Assembly: GCA_965197475.1 (NCBI GenBank)
Contig: CBDANF010000002.1
Coordinates: 128,001 to 192,000, forward strand
Length of the DNA: 64,000 bases
Source: Candidatus Poribacteria bacterium
Lineage (GTDB): Bacteria; Poribacteria; WGA-4E; WGA-3G
Reading direction: 5' to 3'
Positions 27,687 to 37,424 of the stretch are shown here, in pieces; the first letter of the stretch is position 1; every line of letters begins with the position of its first letter. Both the position numbers and the translations under genes were made by a program. The notes beneath the pieces were generated by a model that worked only from the letters and a program-made list of their open reading frames with translations, did no database searches and was not told the origin of the DNA.

Positions 27687-29834
27687 ATGCTAACTTTATT
27701 ATGCATAGAACAGAGCAGTGGTCGCGCAATCCCGTTTAAAATTGATCGTTACCAGATCAATATAGCAGTCAATAATCAACTTGCAAAAACAAGAATCTAC
27801 CAAACTTTCACTAATCCGAACGATTTTGAAGTAGAAGGTGCTTATATCTTCCCTGTCCCAGACGATACGGAGCATTCTAACTTTACACTTTCTATTGATG
27901 GAAAGCCGGTAAAAGGTGAATTGTATTCTCATGAGGAATCGCGTGAAGTTTATAGATCAAGTGCTCGTTTGAGTAATAATACAGCAATCCTTGAACATAT
28001 CAGGACACGTGCGTTTGTTGCAGAAGTGTCTGGAATCCCGGCAAATGGGGAGTGCTATATTCAGTTTGAGTATTCTCAGATTGTTCCTATAGAAAGCGAT
28101 CTCGCTAAGTACACGTATCCACTATCGCTTGCGAAATCCGCTGCTGGACGGATCGCGGACCTTACTGTTGAGATGGAGATTGAAAGCGAATCTGAGCTGA
28201 GAGCAATCTTTTCACCTTCACATGAAGTAGTCATCAACCGAAAGGACGACAACCATGCCCGTATCCGTTACGAAGGCAAGGATATAGATCCTGACGACAA
28301 TTTTGAATGCTACTACTCGGTTTCGGACGAAAATTTCGGGATGACTCTACTCACTCACCGCGCCGAGAAGGATGAAGATGGATATTTCATGCTTCTCATC
28401 TCACCTAAGTATGAGGTGAAGAAAACAGATATTATTGAAAAAGACTTCATCTTTGTGTTGGATCACTCAGGTAGCATGGCTGGAAGAAAGGTAGAACAAG
28501 CGAAAGCGGCACTCCGCTATTGTGTTCGGAATCTAAACGATGGTGATCGGTTTAACTTAATCCTATTCAACACAGATATAACATCTTTAGCAGACAGACT
28601 GAACAGGCGCGAAGAGTGGGGTGGTGGTGAACGCGGACACGGTTCTGCTGTCTTGTCTCATAAACTTATTGGTGTGAAAGACGGTAGTGAAAAAGCACTC
28701 GCCTTTATTGACAATATTGAAGCACGTGGTGGCACAAATATCAATGATGCCCTACTCACAGCGTTAGAGGAAAGACCGGATCCGAACCGTCCGAGAATCA
28801 TCGTTTTCCTTACCGATGGATGTCCAACTGTTGGCGTGACGAATGAAGTCCGAATACTTGAAAATGTAGCACAAGCGAATGGGAATCAATCCCGCATCTT
28901 TGTGTTCGGTGTAGGATACGACGTGAATGTTCGGTTACTGGATAAACACCCATCTGCCCTATGCCAAGATCGGCGTCGAGATCAGTACGACTTGAATGTT
29001 CGGTTGTTGGATAAATTGGCAGCGGATAACGGGGGCACCCGTAACTATGTAGAACCACATGAAGACATTGAAATCGTTGTATCCTCTCTTTTCAGAAAGA
29101 TGAACGAACCGGTTCTCGTGAATGTTGAACTTGACTTCGGACAGATTATTACGAAAGAGTTATCCCCGAGAAATCTTCCAGATATGTTTCGAGAGGAACA
29201 GTTTACCCTTTTTGGTAGATATGAGGACCACGGGGATACTGTCTTAAAACTGCGTGGGCACGTCGGTAGAGAACAACAGGAATTCTCTAAAAACGGGCAT
29301 TTCACAGAGATCGAAACGGACAACGATTTCTTGCCGCATCTCTGGGCACAACGCAGAATAGCAGAATTGGTGGATCAAGCGGTACTGTATGGTCTAAGTG
29401 AAGAACTCCGTAAAGAGATTGAACGTCTCATCAAAGATTACGGCGTAATAACAGAGCACATACGTTTCGTGTACGCAGACGACGGTTCGAGGAGGCTTGT
29501 GCTTGATATTGATAAGGCTTATGATCGGAGCAGACCTAAAGATGACGTTGTTAAGCGCAGCAAAAGAATCGAAAGGCAAAAAAACACACGGCACAAGATT
29601 CAGTATGATAAGACAAAATACATTGGACATAAGGCATTTTATCGCCATGGTGAAAAATGGATAGATACGAAATATGACGGACAATCGGAGCTGAAAAGAA
29701 TTGAGTTTGGTAGCAAAGAATACACTGATCTTGCTAACCTTTCTTACGATTTGGCAAAATGCTTCAAACTTCATCCCCCTATGATTATCTGCCACAACGG
29801 TGTGAATTATGAGATTACACCACGCAAGTCATAG
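27687..29834 (+). CDS. VIT + von Willebrand A domain protein (inter-alpha-trypsin inhibitor-like)
   Basis: VIT: QTFTNP...EGAYIFPVP; vWA MIDAS FVLDHSGSM, GGTNI, FLTDG, FGVG; HLWA. Confidence 0.9.
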   Translation: MLTLLCIEQSSGRAIPFKIDRYQINIAVNNQLAKTRIYQTFTNPNDFEVEGAYIFPVPDDTEHSNFTLSIDGKPVKGELYSHEESREVYRSSARLSNNTAILEHIRTRAFVAEVSGIPANGECYIQFEYSQIVPIESDLAKYTYPLSLAKSAAGRIADLTVEMEIESESELRAIFSPSHEVVINRKDDNHARIRYEGKDIDPDDNFECYYSVSDENFGMTLLTHRAEKDEDGYFMLLISPKYEVKKTDIIEKDFIFVLDHSGSMAGRKVEQAKAALRYCVRNLNDGDRFNLILFNTDITSLADRLNRREEWGGGERGHGSAVLSHKLIGVKDGSEKALAFIDNIEARGGTNINDALLTALEERPDPNRPRIIVFLTDGCPTVGVTNEVRILENVAQANGNQSRIFVFGVGYDVNVRLLDKHPSALCQDRRRDQYDLNVRLLDKLAADNGGTRNYVEPHEDIEIVVSSLFRKMNEPVLVNVELDFGQIITKELSPRNLPDMFREEQFTLFGRYEDHGDTVLKLRGHVGREQQEFSKNGHFTEIETDNDFLPHLWAQRRIAELVDQAVLYGLSEELRKEIERLIKDYGVITEHIRFVYADDGSRRLVLDIDKAYDRSRPKDDVVKRSKRIERQKNTRHKIQYDKTKYIGHKAFYRHGEKWIDTKYDGQSELKRIEFGSKEYTDLANLSYDLAKCFKLHPPMIICHNGVNYEITPRKS

Positions 29835-30197
29835 CCCATCCTTTCAGTCGGGGTCCTTCGTAGTGTGATATCAGTGTGCTAAAGCACGCGTCTGCAGATG
29901 CACAAGCACACGTACCCACACCTGTCCATGAAGAGGTTTGAGTATACGCCAATAACAGAACGTCTACTGCAGAGAATTACTACCTTTTTGCACAAAGTTA
30001 CATCTTCTGCGTATATAGCACTTAGAGTATTTCGCCTTTTGATGCGACTTTCCTCAAGTTCCGTAACAAAAATCGTCAACAAATGGGCTCTACGGCGTAT
30101 AAACGCTATAGAGAATCGCTCTTCGCTTAAAAGGTAGAACGTGCGGAGCAATGTAAGAAGAAGCACCAACACCGACGAATAACAAATAAATACACCT

Positions 30198-31574
30198 CTA
30201 CTTATTCCGAAGCCTCTGCAAAACATTATGCGTAATCCGTTCAACAACAGCATCGCCCCCTGCCAATCCGTGCGACCAATCCGTTGTAGCAGCAGTGAAG
30301 ATAGTGCCACCTTTTTTGTAGATACCCATTGTTGCGGCACCGGTATGCCCTTGTTCCCAGCGTTCATACCATTCGCAATCATCCGGATGCCAACGGACAA
30401 GAGCAGTTGCGAGGATCGTAAACCCTTCAGGAGTACCATCTTGATAGGTCGGCACGGGTAAACCATCTTCAAGCGTGAATTCGCAGCCATCGCATTCATA
30501 GCCAACAATCGTATTCGCTCCACCGAACGTGTCATCTCTTGCCAAGTCTGTGCCTTCAAACACCCAATGTTCAGGACGATGCGCCGTGTATGCACCAGAA
30601 CCATCCATAAATTGCCCATGACTTAAGTGATAACCACCTTGAAGGAAGCCAACACCAGTCAACTGATTTTCAGGACGATTCACGAGATAGTGACTCCACA
30701 AAGTACTGAGAGTGCTGTAATCATCGGTTTTGTAAACAGGGTCTTGATTGTAGCTTTGCTTCCAACAGACGAGGGCACGTCCGTTGTCTTCAGAACGCAC
30801 CTGCCAACACACAGAATTTCCACTGAAGAAAGCAACGTTTCCACCATTAGCGATAAATGCCCCAAGATTATCACGCATCGGTGCTGACCAGTATTCGTCA
30901 TGCCCAACGCTTAACACAAGTTTATAATGCTCCAACATTTCAGGATGGAACTCCAGATCACTATTCGCTGCATAATCAAGCGTATATCCGTTCTGCTCTG
31001 CCCAGACAATGAAAGGCAACTCCCAGTTTCTAAAGATACCACCAGTAGGGCGATCAAATGAAACCCGATTGCCTTGTATTTTACTCTGTCCATGAAACCC
31101 GTAAAGACTAAAGCCGCCCCAGTTATTGTAGGCGTTATAAGTGTTGGTAGAGAGTTGAAGCAGAATCGGAGTATTTTCTCCTGGTTCTGCTGGACGAACG
31201 ATGAAAAACAAAGAACTTTCAGCTGTGCGATGATTTCTATAGATGGGGTCACCACCGCCATCTGCCGCGCGGAGTGTGCCTTCATAATATCCGCTCTGCC
31301 ATGTCTCAGGCACCTCAAGCGTAAAAGTAGCGTTCCAGCCACATCCGTGTGATGAAGCGTTTTCGGGGATCGGTTGTGCCTCCCCCGGGATCCCTGATTC
31401 GTTGAATACGACTTCACGCGTAGCACCAATACGCGCAATTTCCAGAGAATAGTTTCCCGCACTCGTTGAAACGTTGAATGCAATCTCCTCACCGGGTGCG
31501 TAACTCAGTTGGTGAGTGTATCCGTCAATATAGAGTGGTCTAATACGATTTTCAGTTTGCGTTAAAGTTGCCAT
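30198..31574 (-). CDS. N,N-dimethylformamidase beta subunit family domain protein
   Basis: SYAPGE, HGCGW, NTYNAYNNWGG.SLY, SVGHDEYWS, GYECDG. Confidence 0.85.
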   Translation of the reverse strand: MATLTQTENRIRPLYIDGYTHQLSYAPGEEIAFNVSTSAGNYSLEIARIGATREVVFNESGIPGEAQPIPENASSHGCGWNATFTLEVPETWQSGYYEGTLRAADGGGDPIYRNHRTAESSLFFIVRPAEPGENTPILLQLSTNTYNAYNNWGGFSLYGFHGQSKIQGNRVSFDRPTGGIFRNWELPFIVWAEQNGYTLDYAANSDLEFHPEMLEHYKLVLSVGHDEYWSAPMRDNLGAFIANGGNVAFFSGNSVCWQVRSEDNGRALVCWKQSYNQDPVYKTDDYSTLSTLWSHYLVNRPENQLTGVGFLQGGYHLSHGQFMDGSGAYTAHRPEHWVFEGTDLARDDTFGGANTIVGYECDGCEFTLEDGLPVPTYQDGTPEGFTILATALVRWHPDDCEWYERWEQGHTGAATMGIYKKGGTIFTAATTDWSHGLAGGDAVVERITHNVLQRLRNK

Positions 31575-31746
31575 GATGTGTCCTCCTTTGATGTGTAGGG
31601 TATCACTTTCTCGCAAAAATGTCAACGCTATAAGATTCTGTTTTTGACTTTTTCTGTTAAATATGTTATTATTTCCACAATTATTGTTGAATTACTTGGC
31701 TAAATGAATTTAACCTCTACTCTCACTTTATTTTAATTTTAACAAA

Positions 31747-32601
31747 ATGAAAAACGAACAAAAACCAACCCCGCTTTCTCCTGAACAGATACATCAATGG
31801 GAAAATGATGGGTATCTGCTGCTGAAAAATGTCGTCCCAGAGTCCGCTATCAATGGTGTCCGCGACAGGTTCACATGCGTCGTAGATGGTATAATTCACC
31901 AACTGAAAGAACAGGGAGTCGTTGAAGATGAAGGGGCAGACCTTCTATTTGAAACACGGTACTTGCAAGTTGCTGGCGAACATGCCAACCGCTTTGGTCG
32001 GTCTTGGCGTGGACAAATCGCAACATCCGAAATTTTCGATCTACACTACGCCGGTCCCCTCGTAGATGCTATTGGTCAACTTACAGGTACCGATGTAATT
32101 GGACACCCAGTTTTTAATGCTCGTCCTAAACTGCCCGGTCAGCAATTGACTGTTGTTCCGTGGCATCAAGACAGCGGCTATTTCGGGACAGTCAGTGAAC
32201 AATCACTCATCCCGACTGCATGGATTCCACTCGTACCAGTAGACGAGAGTAACGGTTGTTTACAAGTAGTTGCAGGCTCACATCGGTTAGGTGTAGTTGA
32301 CCATCACACTGAAAACCGAGAAGGTAAGTTTCTTGAGGTGATGGACAATCTTGTAGAGGATTCTCGTGTTGTAACCTGTCCTATGGAAATAGGGGATGCG
32401 TTGGTGTTCAATAACCTCACGCTCCACCGTTCCTTACCGCACACTACAAGCGAAATCATCCGATGGGCAATTGACATCCGTTATCTTCGGGATGGCGACC
32501 ATCCGGGGGCAATCTATTGGAAAGACCCTGATTTTAAGTGGGTTATTCGAAGCCAAACGCAATCTATAACGACTCTTGCCCAATGGCTCGAAATGTGGTA
32601 G
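31747..32601 (+). CDS. PhyH family dioxygenase
   Basis: WENDGYL, VPWHQD, NGCLQVVAGSH, LHRS. Confidence 0.9.
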   Translation: MKNEQKPTPLSPEQIHQWENDGYLLLKNVVPESAINGVRDRFTCVVDGIIHQLKEQGVVEDEGADLLFETRYLQVAGEHANRFGRSWRGQIATSEIFDLHYAGPLVDAIGQLTGTDVIGHPVFNARPKLPGQQLTVVPWHQDSGYFGTVSEQSLIPTAWIPLVPVDESNGCLQVVAGSHRLGVVDHHTENREGKFLEVMDNLVEDSRVVTCPMEIGDALVFNNLTLHRSLPHTTSEIIRWAIDIRYLRDGDHPGAIYWKDPDFKWVIRSQTQSITTLAQWLEMW

Positions 32602-32756
32602 TGCCATAAGCGCGCTTACCGAGTGAGATCAAGTTAATTTGGTATAAGTCCGATTTCCTATCGCAAACTAAATCCCTCCGGATCACACAAAATATCTTGC
32701 ATTCTTCTCAGACATTAGGCATAATAATATTGAAGAAACCGTTAAGGAAGAATCGC

Positions 32757-33764
32757 ATGATACGTGTACCTTTCCAAACTTTAAATGATGAATTTTATCG
32801 TGTGCTTGCAGCAGTCGGATTTACCGGCGAACGGGCAAAATTATGTGCCAAGTTATTTGCCGAAAATCAACGCGACGGTGTTTATTCACACGGGCTCAAT
32901 CGCTTTCCCGGGTTTGTGGCTGGACTACAAAGCAAACAGATTAACTTCCATGCAAAACCAGAAAAAATTGAGAGTTTCGGCGCGTTAGAACGGTGGGATG
33001 GCAAGATGGGGGTAGGGCTTGTCAACGCACATATCTGTATGCAACGCGCAATAGAACTTGCTGAAACACACAGCATCGGTTGTGTAGGACTTTCAAACAC
33101 GAACCACTGGATGCGTGGCGGTGTCTACGCACTACAGGCAGCAGAAGCAGGCTATATCGGTATCTGCTGGACAAATACCACCAAACTCATGCCGCCGTGG
33201 GGTTCTGCAGAGAAAAAGATCGGTAATAACCCATTAGCAATTGCTGTGCCGCGCCAAGAACGGCATATTCTGCTTGATATGGCGATGAGTCAGTATTCAA
33301 ACGGAAAATTAGAAGTACTCAAGCTACAAGGCAAACAACTTCCGCTACCGGGTGGATATGATACCGAAGGAAACCTAACGATTGAACCTACAGAAATTCT
33401 CGATTCGCAAAGAGCTCTTCCCATCGGTTATTGGAAAGGATCCGGATTAGCATTGGTGCTTGACACAATGGCTGCTGTTATCTCAGGTGGACAAGCCACA
33501 CATCAGATTGGAAAACAGAAGTCAGAATATGCTGTCTCTCAGGTTTACATTGCGATTAATGCTACCGGAATGATGGGAGAAACAATATTAAACGAAACTG
33601 TAGAAGCAATTATCAACGACTTCCATACCGCTATTCCCTTAGATCAAAACGAGAAGGTGCGGTATCCAGGGGAAGGTATGTTGCGCACACGGCAAGAGAG
33701 TCTTGAAAAGGGTGTCTTCGTAGACGAAAAACAGTGGCAAGCGTTATTGGAAATGAATAGGTAA
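32757..33764 (+). CDS. dlgD: 3-dehydro-L-gulonate 2-dehydrogenase (Ldh_2 family)
   Basis: DGVYSHGLNRF, NTNHWMRGG, ICWTNT..MPPWG, DMAMSQYS.GK, GYWKGSGL. Confidence 0.88.
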   Translation: MIRVPFQTLNDEFYRVLAAVGFTGERAKLCAKLFAENQRDGVYSHGLNRFPGFVAGLQSKQINFHAKPEKIESFGALERWDGKMGVGLVNAHICMQRAIELAETHSIGCVGLSNTNHWMRGGVYALQAAEAGYIGICWTNTTKLMPPWGSAEKKIGNNPLAIAVPRQERHILLDMAMSQYSNGKLEVLKLQGKQLPLPGGYDTEGNLTIEPTEILDSQRALPIGYWKGSGLALVLDTMAAVISGGQATHQIGKQKSEYAVSQVYIAINATGMMGETILNETVEAIINDFHTAIPLDQNEKVRYPGEGMLRTRQESLEKGVFVDEKQWQALLEMNR

Positions 33765-33765
33765 T

Positions 33766-34932
33766 ATGCACACTCACCTTACCATAAATTCGAATCGGAG
33801 ACAACTTGTGACGCTACGCGCAGGAATTGTCGGTTGTGGCGGGATTAGCCGTAGCCACGCCGCCGCTTATGATGGTTTAGAAGATATTTCACTTGTTGCA
33901 ATGTGCGACATCAATCAAGATGCTGTCAATAACCGCGCCGATGAATACGGTGTCTCAAACCGATATACCAACTATAAGGAGATGTTTGCAAATGAAACCC
34001 TTGATATTGTGAGTGTTTGTACACATGCTCCCTTACACACTCCGATTACCATTGCAGCAGCAAAAGCAGGTATTCATGTTTTATGTGAAAAGCCACTATC
34101 GGTTGATTTAGAAACTGCTGACCAGATGCTCAAAACGTGTAATAATGCGGGTGTCCACTTAGCAGTGAGTCATCAATTCCGATTCACACCCCTGTTCCGG
34201 CACGCAAAATCCCTTATTGATGCGGGGGAAATTGGTGAACTACGAGCAATTCGTGAGGTAGGTAAAGGACGCGAAGCAGGATTTGAGCTAATGGAGATGG
34301 GTGTCCACTACTTTGACGAGATGGATTTCTTCTTGGATGGTATCTCTTGGATTCAGGCACATATCACAAATCAAGGACATGATGTGACAGACGCAGATAT
34401 TATGCACAGCAGTGAGTTATGCAAAACCGACCGACGTGACAACGGTATCGTCGCGGGCGATACAATGCTTGTGCATATCGGTGGCGCAAGCGGTGCTTAT
34501 GGAATTATGGAACTTTACCTCCGAAAACATCGACACGGGTGGATGATGGGACCGCATCTCCTCGGTTCGGAAGGGCAATTGATGATAAAACCAAACCCAC
34601 AGACAGGAATAGATGAAATGTGGTACTGTCCTTTTGATGTCTCATTTGCAGCGCATACACCCGCATGGGAACAGATAGAACTTGACACATCAGCGTTTAT
34701 GATCTCTGGAAAAGCGTGGAAGTCTCGCCACACAATCTGGAGTGCCAAAAATATGCGAGACGCAATTCTTAACGGAAATCAACCAGAACTCGGTGGACAC
34801 AACACACTAACATCTCTTGAGTGTGTAAGCGCAACCTACACTTCCCATTTTTCCGGTCAAAAAGTAAAACTACCATTAGAAGAACGGAGCCATCCGCTTG
34901 TCAAACGTCTAAACATAGGAGCAAACAACTGA
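33766..34932 (+). CDS. Gfo/Idh/MocA family oxidoreductase
   Basis: GIVGCGGI, HVLCEKP. Confidence 0.9.
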   Translation: MHTHLTINSNRRQLVTLRAGIVGCGGISRSHAAAYDGLEDISLVAMCDINQDAVNNRADEYGVSNRYTNYKEMFANETLDIVSVCTHAPLHTPITIAAAKAGIHVLCEKPLSVDLETADQMLKTCNNAGVHLAVSHQFRFTPLFRHAKSLIDAGEIGELRAIREVGKGREAGFELMEMGVHYFDEMDFFLDGISWIQAHITNQGHDVTDADIMHSSELCKTDRRDNGIVAGDTMLVHIGGASGAYGIMELYLRKHRHGWMMGPHLLGSEGQLMIKPNPQTGIDEMWYCPFDVSFAAHTPAWEQIELDTSAFMISGKAWKSRHTIWSAKNMRDAILNGNQPELGGHNTLTSLECVSATYTSHFSGQKVKLPLEERSHPLVKRLNIGANN

Positions 34933-35781
34933 ATGAAACTTGCATTCTTTGATGATTACCAACTCGGCGTGATAACAGAAAACGAAATCGTTGATATCAG
35001 CGATTCTCTCAGCGATATTTCGTACCATACGCCGCAAGAACTGATAAAATTGGTGATTGAGGATTTTGATAGCCTGCGTACAACAATAGCAGATGCAGCT
35101 GAAAACAACGCCTCAATTCCCTTGGACAACGTCAGCCTTAAAGCCCCGCTACCACGGCCCGGACAACTCGTCTGTCTTGCTGGCAATTACATTGAACCCG
35201 ACAGCCCTTCTCGCGGCGATTTTAATGCCTTCCTCAAATCACCAACTAGCGTAATTTCCACAAAAGAGACAGTTGAACTCCCAGAGGCGGATGTAACCGT
35301 TTTTCATTTTGAACCAGAGTTAGCAATTGTCATCGGGAAAACAGCAAAGTATCTAACCGAAGAAAACGCGCTTGACTGCGTCTTTGGATACACACAATTT
35401 ATTGATGTGTCTGCCCGCGGTTTACCGGGAGGCTTCTTTTTAGGGAAAAGTTGGCATACCTTCGCACCCATGGGACCTGTGCTTATCACCACGGATGAAG
35501 TAGAAGACCCTAATGCTCTCGGTGTCCAACTTTGGATTAACGAAGGTTTGCAACACGATTTCTCTACGAATTCCATGGCGCGTTTCGTCCCAGAATTGCT
35601 CGCTGAGGTAACCAACGTGCTAACACTGGAACCGGGAGACGTAGTCTCTACAGGCACACATCACGAAGCACTCACGGTGGTCGGAGACAGTGATACGGTG
35701 CGGTTGACAATTGAAGGTTTCGGACCAGCGTTAGTCGTTGACGTGCACGACCCGTTAAAGCGTACTACTTGGCGTGGGTAA
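34933..35781 (+). CDS. Fumarylacetoacetate hydrolase family protein
   Basis: FLKSP, EPELAIVIG, DVSAR, GKSW.TFAPMGP, TLEPGDVVSTGT. Confidence 0.92.
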   Translation: MKLAFFDDYQLGVITENEIVDISDSLSDISYHTPQELIKLVIEDFDSLRTTIADAAENNASIPLDNVSLKAPLPRPGQLVCLAGNYIEPDSPSRGDFNAFLKSPTSVISTKETVELPEADVTVFHFEPELAIVIGKTAKYLTEENALDCVFGYTQFIDVSARGLPGGFFLGKSWHTFAPMGPVLITTDEVEDPNALGVQLWINEGLQHDFSTNSMARFVPELLAEVTNVLTLEPGDVVSTGTHHEALTVVGDSDTVRLTIEGFGPALVVDVHDPLKRTTWRG

Positions 35782-35790
35782 TAAAAAAGG

Positions 35791-35820
35791 TTGACAACTA
35801 CATCAGTTTGCATGTATAAT
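35791..35820 (+). promoter_or_regulatory. Sigma70-like promoter
   Basis: TTGACA-N18-TATAAT. Confidence 0.55.
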
Positions 35821-35953
35821 TTTAAAAATCGGGAATTTTAGGGCGTAGCTTGCAAGCCCATATTACAACTTGGAATGCGATGTCCGAGGTTGCAAGAAAT
35901 TATTTTAGTTTAGACACAACAAACCCGTTCTTGATGATAAGGAGAAGCGATTG

Positions 35954-36880
35954 ATGAAAAGACACAGAAATATAGCTATTTACGCTATCTTTGCAATTGC
36001 CTGTGTGTGGATGGTAGGATGCGGAGGCTGTAATCCGGAACCGGTACCGTCAGACATGACCCCAACTGAGGGTCCCGAAGCTGGTGGAACCCCTGTCCGT
36101 ATTATTGGCGAAAAATTCGATATGAAAAACGGTGTGACTGTGACGTTTGGTGGAAAAGAAGGGCAAAATGCAACTGTCCCAAGTAAAACAGAAGTTACTG
36201 TCGTAACGCCTGCTGGCACAGCCGGACAATCAGTGGATGTTGTCATTACCAATAATGGGAAACCGGAGGTGCCTGTCCCACTCACTCAGAAGTTTACCTA
36301 TATGGACGCAACACCACCAACGGTAACCGGTACTGATCCTATGGGTGGCGCTGTTTTCTCTGAATACGAAGATTCTTTGAATGTACGGAATAGTCTCACG
36401 GTTACCTTCAGCGAACCAATTGACGCGAATAGCGTATCAATTGATGTCGCAGTTACTAAAACAGAAGACTCCATGAGTGAACCTACAGCAGCTACGCTTG
36501 CTGGCACAGTAAGTGGTAGTGGCGATTCCGTGACGTTTACCTCAGATATGCCGATGCGATGCGGGCGCATGTATACTGTCACCGTCTCAGGTGCCACTGA
36601 TATGGCAGGAAATGCCCTCGCTACTTCACACAGTTTCAGCTTTAGCGTAACAAGCCCGGAAGCAGTTAGCAGATATTACGTCAAAGAAGAGGATATTCAA
36701 GAAGAAAATGGCGAAGCAGCATTAAAGCACATCGCCGCTCGACCTGAGATTTTTGACAATCCTGAGAAGTGGACGCGGTTAGTTGCCGCAAATCAGGATG
36801 ATTATATCTTTGACCGGACGAAACTAAGTGTGGGACAAGAGTTATTAATTCCTCGCGGTCGTGCTTGGGGTGATAAGTAG
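35954..36880 (+). CDS. Lipoprotein with IPT/TIG, Ig-like (Big_5) and LysM-like domains
   Basis: MVG-C; PTEGPEAGGT...VTFGG; DATPPTV...VTFSEPI...DMAGN; LKHIA...GQELLIP. Confidence 0.82.
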   Translation: MKRHRNIAIYAIFAIACVWMVGCGGCNPEPVPSDMTPTEGPEAGGTPVRIIGEKFDMKNGVTVTFGGKEGQNATVPSKTEVTVVTPAGTAGQSVDVVITNNGKPEVPVPLTQKFTYMDATPPTVTGTDPMGGAVFSEYEDSLNVRNSLTVTFSEPIDANSVSIDVAVTKTEDSMSEPTAATLAGTVSGSGDSVTFTSDMPMRCGRMYTVTVSGATDMAGNALATSHSFSFSVTSPEAVSRYYVKEEDIQEENGEAALKHIAARPEIFDNPEKWTRLVAANQDDYIFDRTKLSVGQELLIPRGRAWGDK

Positions 36881-36903
36881 CTAATACCTATTGTAATGAA
36901 AAC

Positions 36904-36934
36904 AAAAAGCCGTGTCCTTAGGACACGGCTTTTT
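36904..36934 (+). terminator. Rho-independent terminator
   Basis: aaaaagccgtgtcc-tta-ggacacggctttttt. Confidence 0.88.
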
Positions 36935-37074
36935 TGTTGCCTTCAACCTTCTTCCGTTATAGGAGCGACCTCTCGGTCGCGGTTTATACACAGTCTATTC
37001 ATAAATTGTGGGATGGTATTGTATATTGTAAACCCATAGGTGTCAATTTAAGGTGTACAATGCCCGTTTTCATC

Positions 37075-37153
37075 GTAGGGCGGGGTCTCTGGGTTTCCCG
37101 CCATGTGTCAAGATTGTTCCAAGCAATGGGCGGGCACAGAGACCCGCCCCTAC
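37075..37153. repeat. Inverted GTAG-REP pair
   Basis: gtagggcggggtctctg ... cagagacccgcccctac. Confidence 0.7.
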
Positions 37154-37424
37154 AAGAAGGTGGGCATTTGGAGGAAATCGGGTGGACAAGGAACTATCAC
37201 AAGAGAAAATCCAGCAATTCATTGTGCGTTTTAGGTTGGGTGGGTTGAACGCTTGAACGCAGTGAAACTAACATAATCGTGTTTGTTAAATACGCATTTA
37301 AAAAGAAGAACGGATTGGCAGCAAACGAAATATTTTACCAATCCATTCTTATAGGTGTTGCGAACTATAATTGTACCGCACTTTTGACGCATTATCGCCA
37401 ATGTCCCCGTTAGTTACAAGGACA

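Noticed and set aside
29850-30197. Possible decayed gene between VIT-vWA and the dimethylformamidase-like gene
   Set aside because: Frames are short or interrupted and no family could be assigned
36934-37256. ORFs of 104 and 67 aa
   Set aside because: They span a terminator and REP palindromes; likely spurious
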